This document shows positions 35,415 through 46,269 of a DNA stretch of 64,000 nucleotides, piece after piece; the stretch's first letter is position 1; the number at the start of each line of letters is the position of its first letter. A program made the translations under genes and the position numbers. The DNA is taken from contig ML978138.1 of NCBI GenBank assembly GCA_010015805.1, positions 62,001-126,000 on the forward strand, written 5' to 3'. The notes under the pieces are model-generated. The model had not been told where the DNA came from, searched no databases, and worked only from the letters and a program-made list of their open reading frames with translations. The stretch is from Rhizodiscina lignyota. Taxonomy: Eukaryota.

Positions 35415-35438
35415 GATGCGGGGATGCGGGGATGCGGG
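35415..35438 (+). repeat. (GATGCGGG)x3 tandem containing two SYGGRG (CreA-type) sites
   Basis: GCGGGG at 35418 and 35426, about 580 bp upstream of the MFS start. The repeat is certain; its regulatory role is inferred. Confidence 0.45.
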
Positions 35439-36008
35439 TTATGTCGCGTAATAGATCCTCCCTAGTATGCTAATAGGTTTAGTGTTGGCCATTTTCATCT
35501 TTATTTACCATATAACGAAAGATTACTAACTACTTTTAGTGATGATATGCAAGCCTGACTCGCACCCCCCTTTAATTAAGTCTGGGCTCTCACAGCCAAG
35601 GGCTTGACCATATCCTTTCGCCTTTCTCCGACCACCCTCGTTGGGAGGATTAAGCTTACAGGTCTGGTCCAAGGAATGGCTTTCGCTCCGACACGCCCGT
35701 TCAGGGTGCAGTCTTCCATGTTCCCATGTCGTGAAGACCCACCGTTATGCCGTTGTTGGATGGCCTGATGGGCAAGGACTTGCATCCCCAGTTTTGCGTA
35801 CCCCAGTCTATCTCCCCAGGATTCCCTTCCCCAGTTTATATTCCCCCGGATCATTCGTTTCCTTCTGCGGGCTGTTTGCATACATCCCGAGTTCTCGGTG
35901 CCTCTAGCTCTCTTTTAGCTGTGTCACCTCGTCCTAATCTTTCCTCTTGCATCAGTTCACGTCGTCAAGTTGTTTTAACGATAACTCGATCAATCTCAAT
36001 CTTTCACA

Positions 36009-37725
36009 ATGGCTGATACACCACCGAGCAAAGATTACGCAGTAGATCATGTCGAGAACGCTGATAAGCGTGGCTCACTTGAGCAAGAAATCCACATGGC
36101 CGAGAAACGCGATGCCGAAGCGATCGAAACTAAATATCACATCCCCATGAGAGAGGCCTTAGAGTCTCATCTCGATGAGGATGCGGCGAGAGTCAGAAGA
36201 ATTCTGTGGAAAGTCGATTTGCGACTTGTTCCAATGTTGTCCCTCTTGTACATGTGGGCATTCATCGACAGATCGAACTTGGGAAATGTACGGAACCTCC
36301 GGAAATCAAATCGAGCACACAGTGACTATGATCTGACTGCGAGCACAGGCAAACATCGCTGGAATGAGTGAAGATCTCAAGACCAACGTAGGCAATCGCT
36401 ACTCGGTCCTCGCTATGATCTTCTTCATCGGGTACTGCCTTATCGACATTCCAGCCGCATTCATCGCCCGCAAAGTCGGCCCTGCTCTATGGATTGGTGT
36501 GGTCGGCACCCTATGGGGAATCATCACGCTTGCTCAAGGGTTTGTCAAGACCTGGGGCCAGCTTGCCGTATGTCGTGCTCTCCTTGGATTCCTTGAGGGC
36601 GGCTTGGTACCTGCCGCTATGTACCTGTTGTCTGTTTGGTATCCGCGTTACAACATCCACGTGCGCATCGCCGGTTTCTATGTCATTGGAAATTTTTCTA
36701 GTGGTCTGTCCGGTTTACTTGCCTATGGGATCGAGAAGATGGCTGGCGATTCTGGGTATAATGGATGGAGCTGGATTTTCATCATCGTAAGTCGCGCCCC
36801 GCGCCGTTATCAAAGGACTTTCTAATCATTTTGAATGCAGGAGGGCATTGTCAGCACAGTCGTCGGCATCGCCTCCTTCTTCATCCTCGTTGATTTCCCC
36901 GAAAAAGCTGCGGTCAAAAACTCTCTCGGTCTGCCTGGTTTCCTTACTCCAGAAGAAGCCGCCATTATCCTGGCTCGTATTGAGCACGATCGCGGTGACG
37001 CCGTAGAAGACAAGATGAACTTCAGGATCGCGATGAAGCATTTCCGAGACTGGAAGCTGTGGGAGTTCAGCGCCTACCTCACACTCAACAACACCGCTCT
37101 CTACGCTTTTTCGTACTTCCTGCCAGTCATCTTGAAGGACGGCTTCGGCTATTCCACCGGAAAAGCCCAGGTGATGACCTTCCCACCATATTGTGTCGGT
37201 GCCTGCTGGATCATGGCAGTCTCTTTCATCGGGGACCATTACAAGATCCGCGGGCCAATTCTAGCCTTTAATTGCCTTCTTTACATAATCGGGGTCTCCA
37301 TGACCGGTTATGCAACGAATGTTCATACTCGGTACGCCGGAGTGTTCCTTGGTGTTATAGGCATTATTGGCAACGTACCTACCCAGTGGGCCTACCAGCA
37401 CAACAATATGGTTGGGCAAAATAAGAAAGCGCTCACCATGGCCTGCATGGTCATGGGAGGTGCTTTCGGTGGCATCATCTCCGGCAACATTTTCCAAGCA
37501 AAGGATGCGCCGGGCTATCGGTCGGGACTCTGGATCTGCATTGCTTTCCAGGTAAGGCGATAATGAAGTACTCTTCCTTGCAATGCTCTTTCTCTAACAA
37601 ATATACAGATCGTGTACTTCTTCCTCGTTTGCAAGAACTTTGTGATCTTTTACATTCAAAACAAGCGAGCAGATCGTGGTGAGATCATAATCGAAGGTCA
37701 ACCAGGTTTCAGACACACATACTAG
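36009..37725 (+). CDS. MFS transporter, anion:cation symporter (Dal5/Tna1-like) family; introns 36288-36348, 36787-36840, 37552-37608
   Basis: KVDLRLVP, FIDRSNLGNA, RALLGFLEGG, WY, GWSWIFIIEG, DFPEKA and the terminal GFRHTY*; all three introns keep the frame. Confidence 0.93.
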
Positions 37726-37851
37726 GCTGGACCTCATATAGGCAAGGGCAGGGACGCATGGAAGCCAATTCCTCAAGAGATCGCGTCTTGCGAAAGACAA
37801 GAAAGCTTAGTCTATATAGTTTTGAACATATGACGCTTCCGTAATCTGTCG

Positions 37852-39948
37852 CTACGGAAGCATGTTACCAAACGTGTCTTCTGGGCTCCAGTTCAGGATG
37901 CCATTGCCTCCTTCTCCGAATGCAAAGTCATTTTCAATCTGTGAAAACAAGAATTGGTTCGCCTCTTCGGTTGACCATGACCACGGAGAATCCGACGCCA
38001 ATGCTGCGTCCAGCACATTACCAGTGGGATGAGATTGGGGTATTATGTTATGATTTTGTTCCGCTAGCGAGGCGCCGCCAGGCGTCGGTGGGTTCGTGTC
38101 CTTGCCTTCATCCTGCATCCTCAGTTGAGCTGCAGTCGAGCGGTCAAGGTACTGGAAGAACAGCTGCAGAACCCCATTCTTGACCTCCCAGGTCTTCTGT
38201 AACTCTTGCAGGCCCAAGAGACAGAGCTTCGCTCGGTGCTCTGCAATTGCCCGAGCTGGACCACTTGATCGCCGCAGACTGATCGTGTGAATGCAGAGAG
38301 TGTTGAAGAGGTTGGTTATGACGTGAATCTGTGCATGTCGTAGTTTTCCCTCAGGGAGCATATCCTCGATGATCCGAGAGTTCCGGATAGCTGCTTGAAG
38401 AGCTATGTTTCCATCACCATCTTGCTTTTCTCTTTCGTTGCTGATGTAGTCAGATCTATAGAGGAGTATGAGCAGATTGTTGTACGCTAAGTGCAGCATG
38501 TTCGTATGGAAGCCTGGCTGTTCATCGAAATCGGTAGGTAGTACCATCATTTTCGGCAATGATTGTTTCCACTCGATCAGCTCGCCTTGAATTAGTGATC
38601 TCTGAGACGCAGTGAGGCTCCTGCCGGGCAGGTATCCATAATGGATGATGTCACCCAGAATCTTTGACAGTCCAACCATGCTTGTCTGGTATAGAATACC
38701 CGAATACTTATCTTGATGTGAAGTCCACGCTGGGAATGCCGCCTGGAAGTCATATGTGTCCAACACCTCGATATCACAATCTTCGTCTCTTATTCTGTTC
38801 GGCAAGCCCAAAGCCGCAGCACATTGCCGTTCGCGGACATATATGGACCACCAGAGCCGCTTCTTTAGCTTCGCCGTCCACGCTTCGGGTGTCCACGCTT
38901 CGGGCGTGCCTACAGACCGATGTAGTGCTTTGGATTGAGCTAAACTGATAGCTGCGCTTAACCAATGTCGCGTATCCTTGTAGAATAAAGGTCCCTCTCT
39001 CCAGAAACTCATCAAGAACAATGCTCGGATGACCGTGAGATTGTCGTCTTCAATATCCGCGTCATATATGTCTTTGGCACGATGGTAGAAGAGGAATTTA
39101 GCTTGATGTCGATTGCCCTGATCGAGCAGCCGTAGATCATCATCATCACAATGAATGACACCGATGAATAGTATTGCATTCAGAAGCAAGGGCGATAACA
39201 GTCCTTTGAGAAGCAGAGTCCTAGTATTTGGCTCATCCACGATCGCAAAGCAGGGATGGAACCATTGAAAATAGTGGCGCACTAATCTTCTAACGACTTC
39301 ATCTTCTGGGAATGAGAACACTCCTTCCTCCTGCAGAGAGTTGATCCTTGCTTCTCTGCGGCCCGCTTCCCATGCTGGAATGGAGTTGTCGTTTTTGACG
39401 GCGTTTGGGACAGAGTGGCGAAGTCGCAAGCTCTCTGGAGAAGGAGGTCCTGGTTGCTGTGATGCCGAAGTTCGATCTTCAAGAGCTTCGACATATCTGA
39501 TTGACGTAGACTCCCCGAGGAAGACGGCACCATCATCTTCTGGCCTAGAGCTGTCAAGGGGTGCTTTAGGAGACTGTGCCGTAGCTGTATCGTCTGAAGG
39601 AACTTCGCTGCTTCTACTGTTCTGTGACAATGCTGGTAGCGCGTGTGAACTCGCCGCTCCGGAGTCAGCTCTCAAGTGGGTGAGCACATTGGCAGCATCG
39701 TGGTCGGCAGTCTGCTGGAGATCACTGTCTCTCGAAATGGAGGCTCGCGATTGACGAGGATGCCTTCCACGACGTGACTCCCGTATTTCACACGAGATGC
39801 CGGCGGCAGCGCAGTTGTCGCAAGGCAAAGACTCAATGACATTGCATTTGACGCGCCTAGCATTGCAAGCATGACATGCCTGTCTCGCGCGTTTTCGTGG
39901 TGGCTGTCCATCTGAGCGAGTCATCGTAGAGGGACTTTCCCGTCTCAT
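37852..39948 (-). CDS. Zn(II)2Cys6 transcription factor with fungal-specific TF domain
   Basis: ACHACNARRVKC..PCDNC..C binuclear cluster, YFQWFHP and KKRLWWSIYVRER. Confidence 0.95.
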   Translation of the reverse strand: MRRESPSTMTRSDGQPPRKRARQACHACNARRVKCNVIESLPCDNCAAAGISCEIRESRRGRHPRQSRASISRDSDLQQTADHDAANVLTHLRADSGAASSHALPALSQNSRSSEVPSDDTATAQSPKAPLDSSRPEDDGAVFLGESTSIRYVEALEDRTSASQQPGPPSPESLRLRHSVPNAVKNDNSIPAWEAGRREARINSLQEEGVFSFPEDEVVRRLVRHYFQWFHPCFAIVDEPNTRTLLLKGLLSPLLLNAILFIGVIHCDDDDLRLLDQGNRHQAKFLFYHRAKDIYDADIEDDNLTVIRALFLMSFWREGPLFYKDTRHWLSAAISLAQSKALHRSVGTPEAWTPEAWTAKLKKRLWWSIYVRERQCAAALGLPNRIRDEDCDIEVLDTYDFQAAFPAWTSHQDKYSGILYQTSMVGLSKILGDIIHYGYLPGRSLTASQRSLIQGELIEWKQSLPKMMVLPTDFDEQPGFHTNMLHLAYNNLLILLYRSDYISNEREKQDGDGNIALQAAIRNSRIIEDMLPEGKLRHAQIHVITNLFNTLCIHTISLRRSSGPARAIAEHRAKLCLLGLQELQKTWEVKNGVLQLFFQYLDRSTAAQLRMQDEGKDTNPPTPGGASLAEQNHNIIPQSHPTGNVLDAALASDSPWSWSTEEANQFLFSQIENDFAFGEGGNGILNWSPEDTFGNMLP

Positions 39949-40457
39949 TTTGTGGTCTTCTTCGTCTGTACGCTAGGCAATTGGTACGAGAGCTCTCGAG
40001 CAATGTGTCCTGCTGGCGACCGAGTGGAGTTGTATAGGCGAGGTTTGAGTTTGCCGAAAGCCGACTTCAAAGGATGGAGAGCCGGTGACGGAAGCGCTCT
40101 CCTGCGGATGGCGCACTCATCGCTGTGCATCAATTCAACAACATCTGCATTCTCCTCAATCTTTCCGTTCCCATCCGCAGGCTCATCTCTTCATTCCTAT
40201 TTGCTTCTAAACAATTATGTTACCCCTCCTCCGAAAGTATGAGTCCGGAGTCCAGTTCTGAGTCCGCCCTCCGAGCGGCGAGCACTTTGCATTTGAGATT
40301 TGGTATAGCCGAGTCATCTACTAATGAGAGACCATGGTGATACCTGATGGAAGTGATGACGGTGTGTAGCTACAACAACGGATAGAGTTAAAAATTATTT
40401 GGAGCGGACATCTCAGCGCCCTCTCTCACTCCTTCATGAAATTATATTCGCTACATC

Positions 40458-41586
40458 ATGACTGCGCGGCATATTCGTATAATTGGCAATATACTCACGA
40501 AATCGCTCAGTGGACACTCAAGGCGAACTTTCTCTTCTACAAGGCCGTCAATTGCTTCGTATGAAGAAGATACACTCCCGAACCTACGGATAGACCAAAA
40601 CACAAGGGTCATATATCAAGGATTCACGGGCAAGGCAGTAAGTTCTCAGAGCCTCAATTGAGTGTCGAACACTATTCTGACGCGCGGCAGGCAACAAAAA
40701 ATGCTAAGGATACCATAGAATATGGAACTAATATTGTCGGTGGAGTGTCGCCTGGAAAGGGTGGACAAGAACATCTCGGATTACCAGTATTTAATACTGT
40801 ACGAGAGGTGAGACCATCGTCTCCCGAAACCACTTCAGTGCTGTGAACTAGGCTAATCCACCCCCTCAGGCAATGGAGCAAGTCAAACCCCAAGCCAGCT
40901 CCGTCTTCGTCCCCGCCCAATTCGCCGCAAAAGCCATCATCGAGTCCATCGAAGCAGAAGTCCCACTGGTCGTCGCAGTAGCAGAGCACATTCCGGTGCA
41001 AGACATGCTACGAGTCCAAGAAGTCCTGCGAACGCAAAGTAGAACACGTCTTGTTGGGCCAAACTGCCCTGGCATCATCGCGCCTGAGCAGTGCCGAATT
41101 GGCATCATGCCGTACAAACAATACGCAAAAGGTGTCGTCGGAATCGTTTCCAAGAGCGGTACGCTTAGCTACGAAGCCGTTGGCGCGACTACTAAAGCAG
41201 GGCTTGGTCAGAGTATCGTTGTTGGCATGGGCGGTGACATGTTGCCGGGAACTACTCTTGCTGACGGACTGAAGCTGTTCTTCGACCATGCGGATACCAA
41301 GGGTATTATCGTCATCGGCGAGATTGGCGGCGAGGCCGAACTGAACGCTGCCGAGGTGATCAGGGAGTACAAACGCACCACTCCGAACCCAAAGCCCATC
41401 ATTGCGATGGTAGCAGGGAGGACAGCGCCGGAAGGTAAGACCATGGGCCATGCGGGTGCACTTTTGTCTCCAAGAGATGCTTCCGCGGAAGCAAAAGCTA
41501 AAGCACTCGAGGCTGCAGGAGCAGTCGTTGTACCGCATCCAGGTTTGATGGGCAGTGAGATGAAGAGACTCATGGCTGTAGATTGA
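40458..41586 (+). CDS. LSC1: Succinyl-CoA ligase alpha-subunit-like protein (divergent paralog); introns 40638-40690, 40808-40869
   Basis: IYQGFTGK, YGTNIVGGVSPGK, LVGPNCPGII, SKSGTLSYE, IGEIGG and the phospho-His motif MGHAGA; presequence-like N-terminus. Confidence 0.94.
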
Positions 41587-41611
41587 ACTGTAATGCATAA
41601 TCTGCTGCCGC

Positions 41612-43126
41612 TCACTCTTGCCTCGCCTTCTTTTCATTAATATCTACAAGCCCACTTCCTGCTGGTATTTGACCTTTCAGCCGCTCTATCTTCCCCATCC
41701 TCTCCATCACATACGTGTCTTCGTCTCTTCCCGGCCAGAGAATCTTTCGCCTCCACACCGCGAGCACATGATGAACGAGCACAAAGATGTACATCGCCAC
41801 AAGGAAGATGGTCATGATGGACCCCACCCAAAGTATGCCCTGCGAATCAAGCTCTCTCCCAATCGTGATCGTTGCGATAGTAAAACCGACATTCGGAAAG
41901 ATAAACGCCCACCAGTTGAGCGAGAAATGGATCGCTTTCTCCTTTGTAATGAAAGGCCATGAAACCAAAAGATTTGCAATGACCGAGATGCAGAAGAACC
42001 AAAACGCCAGGCTCCAGATGAACACAGACACGACCGTAGCGAGTGTCAGCAGCACCATTCTCGCAGCTTCGCCCTCGGAGCCTCCAAAATACGACTGCTT
42101 CCCAGTAGGCCAAGCATTTGCGAGCCCAATGATAGCAAGGGACGTAAAGCTGGGCGGTCCGACGGCGATGAACATGCCCGGCCTTGACTGCGGCGACGGA
42201 AGACCATAATTGATCATGCGCCGCAAATAACTCGCGTACATGAGCATGCTAACCATCATGCCCAAGCCCTGCGACAGCAAGCCGCATATGATCATGGGGA
42301 TCTTCTTTTCCATGGGTTGAAAGGGTGCTCCGATAGCCGCAATTGTGCCTGAAAGCATGACAGGAAAGATCGGTAGGTCCCACGCGGGCGTCATGTCTTG
42401 AATCTTTAGCCGCGGAGATGTGAAGAGGAGAACGTATTGCCCCACGCTGTTGCAGAATGTGATGGCGAAGTAGATCCAGAATAGCACACGATAAACCACG
42501 ACCAGCCACTCGCCTGCAGCAGGAACGCCGTAGCGCCCAATGCAGCCTATGATGCTTGCCAAGGCCAGGTGGCTCGTGGCGAAGAAGAGGGACTCAGTCG
42601 GGTGCGTGAGGCTTGATTTGAGACGTCCAGGATAGCGAATAAAACGGTAAGTGATAGCGGCAGTGATGAGACTGAAAATGACGAGGTCGAAGATATAAAC
42701 GATTTTGCCGATAACTTCGAGGCCGTCAAAGCTATGGGGTTGCGTGTCTGGGTTTAAGAGTAGAGCGAGGCCGCCAGTAGCCATCGGGAATGTGTAATTC
42801 GCCTGGAAGAAGAGTTAGCCATAGATCAATCAGATAGAAGAAATAAAGCCTATGCTTGAAGCACAAGATTATAATCTACATTCTGATCCTATCATGGATT
42901 GATATCCTTGATAGCATTGACTTGACTCGTTATTTTCTTGCCAAATTGATATTGAACGTTGAAATTAAAGAAAACACCATACCCATGTAAAGTGCTGCAA
43001 TCGATCAATCCATCTACGAGGCTCTTTGATCTGGAAGGCCCGAGCTTGCTCTTCAATGTCACCACGCGTCGGTGGCATCGCCTCTGCCCCTATTTTGCCA
43101 GCGTCGTCATCGTGATGCTGCTCCAT
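41612..43126 (-). CDS. mae1: Mae1-like malic acid/C4-dicarboxylate transporter (TDT/SLAC1 family); intron 42803-42982
   Basis: RLQHFTW/ANYTFPMATGG, HPTESLF, PAWDLPIFP, RPGMFIAVGPPSFT and WWAFIFPNVG motifs. Confidence 0.92.
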
Positions 43127-43915
43127 AACGGCTCTCGCTTCCTCTTGTTACAACATTGAATGACCTGACTCGCATGATCAGTAAACGGAAATTGGCCCGA
43201 ACCGGGCTACAAAGCGCTTTTGATAGTTTTCACGAGATGTTGGATTTTGTTGAAGTTAATCAAGTTATGCAACCATGACAAAACTAGGCCAGTGCACTCG
43301 GCATACCGAGATTGATTCCAAATATGGCACTCGGGCCGAAGTCAAGAGTTCTCTTCAAGTTACGAATTAGACTAAAATTGAAAGGAGAACTAACAAGTAT
43401 CTTTCAGGGCGTGTCGTCATCAGAGACTTCGGGCTGCTGTGTTGAGCTGGCCCGGAGGACTTGTCAGGGTTGGGGTAGGGGCTGGTCCAGAGCAGAGAGA
43501 AAGTTGGACAATGAGAAGAGAAGAAGTTTCTTCTTGCATTGGAGTATTGTATAGTGGTATATCTAATTTAAACTTAAAAAGCAAGCGTATCTTAGTTCCG
43601 ATCATCGACAGCCCGTGCATGTCTGTTCATCCGATGAGGTCTGACAACATCTAAAAGGGAAGGTACAGGGCTCAGTAGCGTGCACATTGAAAGCTCAGAA
43701 AACAGAATTAGCGCACAACTCCATTAATTAACGAGCGCTATGTCAACTACTTCCAGCGTAGTTCCACGAGTTCGATTTCGTCTCGCTTCGTGTTCTCGTC
43801 GCTGCATTATCCAACGCCGAGCAACCGTCCGTTTATGGTACCATAATTCCCATGGATATCCTGTCAACAATTTCAAAACCAAAAACGCCATGCCTCATGC
43901 CAACCAAACTCAAAA

Positions 43916-45774
43916 TCACCGAATCGTCCTAGCAGCAGCCATGCCATCAACCTTCTTGCTCACTCCCGCAGCTGCGCTTGAGCTGCCCGAGCCAGCCTTT
44001 TTCTCAAACACCTTCCAGAACTTCAAGCTCTCGTCCGCTGCAGCAGTCGCAAGGGTCTGACCATCGGGGCTGAGACAGGAGTGCAGCACTCTGCTCTCAT
44101 GTGCCGGGATCTCAATGTTCTTCACCAAGCTCGGGTAGCTCCAGATGCTGATGCTGTTGTCTGGGAAACCGCTCGTCGACGCAAGCTCCTTGTATTGGGT
44201 GCTCCACCTCAGCGATGTGACTTGTGAGCCGGTATCGATGGAGTTGACCCTGGCGCCTGACGTGCTGTTCCAGAAGTGGATGTGCCTGTCGTGGCTGCCA
44301 CCTCCGGTTGCGAGGAGGTTGAGCTGCCATGGGCACCAAGCGAGAGCCTTGACGGCGGCATTGTGGTTTGTCTTCTGGAACTTTGGAGTGTTGAGTGCAC
44401 GGGAGTCCCAGATGCAGACGAGGTTGTCGTTGCCTCCTGATGCGAGCTGGGCACCATCCTGACGCCATTCTAGTCCACATACTTCGCCAGTGTGAGCGGT
44501 GAGAGTGTTTGTGTGGTGCTGTGCTATGCGGACGTCGTGAGAGTGGAGTGCGCCAGTGCGGGAGCCGGTTGTGAGTGTATGCTTGTTCCAGCCTGCCGGT
44601 AGAAGTGAGTAACTGTTATTGTTGGAGATGGACAAGGAGAAGACGTACTCATGGCGCTGACTCGGCTGTCGTGGCCGAACATGCTTCTTAGCTTCGTACC
44701 CTCTTCAACATCCCAGATCTGAACCTCGCCAGAGCCCAAGCCTACAGACACATATGCACCATCACCACTCCACTTAAGAGAAGAGATGTATGTCTCTGGG
44801 ATGTCCTCGATTAACGGCGAGACAGTACCTGAATCTGCCGACCAGACGTAGACACTCTGACCAAGACCGATTGCAACCTGATTGTTACAGCTCCAGTCCA
44901 ACAAGTTGAGGTAGTAGTCGTCAACAATATTGGGAGCATCGAGGACGCGCTCTGGGCTGGTGAGGATCCGACGCCTCAGCTGTGCTGACAGTGCATTGGC
45001 GGGCTTGAGAGGACGGTTGTACTGTGATCGAAGGTCAATTGGCTTCGAAGATTCGGGCGGTGCGGGCTTGAATGCCAATATCCTGGTGTTCAAGCTGACG
45101 CCACATGCATTCGCGATAGAAGACTCGTAAGCTACAGTATTAGGCGAAGGCTTGCTGTAATTCTTGTCGTCATCCTCGTCGTCGGCAGTCCGATCATTGA
45201 GACTGAGTCCTTCCAAGCTCAGCGTGGCAGTCTCATCATCAGCACCGCGGCCACCAATGGTCTCGAATGCACCGGCGGTGGCAGCGCTTGAAGAAAGCAC
45301 TGCCGAACCATCCTGTGCAGACCTGGGGCGTCGCTTCGGCGTCGTGGTATCGAGCTTTGCGGTGCCTGCGTTAGAGATTGCTTCGCTTGCGGAGCGGTTA
45401 GGAATGAAGCGGTCAGCAGCATTGTACGCGATGCGCACGCTCGACTTGGGCCGCGGTCTGCTAGACTGTGTAGCTGTGCTTACACCGGCCTGAGTCGAGC
45501 GTGGCTTTGATGGGGTGCCTGTGCCGGTGAGTGTCCAATCAGACAGACCTAGTTCAAGCCTTCGTGGCGAATCCCGTGCAATGTTTGACTTGGCAGACTT
45601 GCGGACCCCCGAACGAGAGAGAGCTTGAGCAAACGTAGGAGTGGAGTGAATGGAGGGAGGAGTAGGTTGGTAGTTGGAGGTTTTCGGGGAGGGTGTGAGG
45701 GGCATTCGACCGCCGGCAGTCTTGGTGGTGAAGAGGCGGCCCTTGGTGGGCGTGCAAACGTCGACGGTTGCCAT
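43916..45774 (-). CDS. CDC20: APC/C activator Cdc20/Slp1 (WD40); intron 44593-44648
   Basis: C-box DRFIPNR, RILAF, PERVLDAP..DDYYLNLLDWS, WD repeats and C-terminal IR tail. Confidence 0.97.
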
Positions 45775-46269
45775 TGCTGAACAAGAACAACTGAAAACAA
45801 GTGCAATGGGATATTGTTTTGTATTATGTATGCAGAGCAGAGCAGTTTTGAAGGGATTTTGTGGTTTTGTGGTGAGGAAGAAAAGAGGTTGCAGCAGCGG
45901 GAGAGTCGAGGTTTTATTTACATACAATGGTTGCCAGGTGAACGCACCGCACAGATGAAAACCTCTTTAAAAGCCGACCTCCGGCGCCAACGTCATAGGT
46001 TGGCCATGGCTTCTAATTTCAATTGAAAGTTTGAAACACCGAAAGGGTTTGAACTCGTGTGCTTAATGATCGCTGTGAGATTTAAAGCTGGCTCGACACT
46101 GACGACATAGACAGCCGAAAGCATCGCCGAAAGCTCAATTCAATATGCTTTGGAGCGTATCTATCAAGATTGGACAGTTTGACATTCATAGTCTGTATTA
46201 ACCTCAAAGACTATATACCGTCATGGCTCGTTATCTTAGAGTGTAGAGTTGTACTCTATCTGCAAGTGC

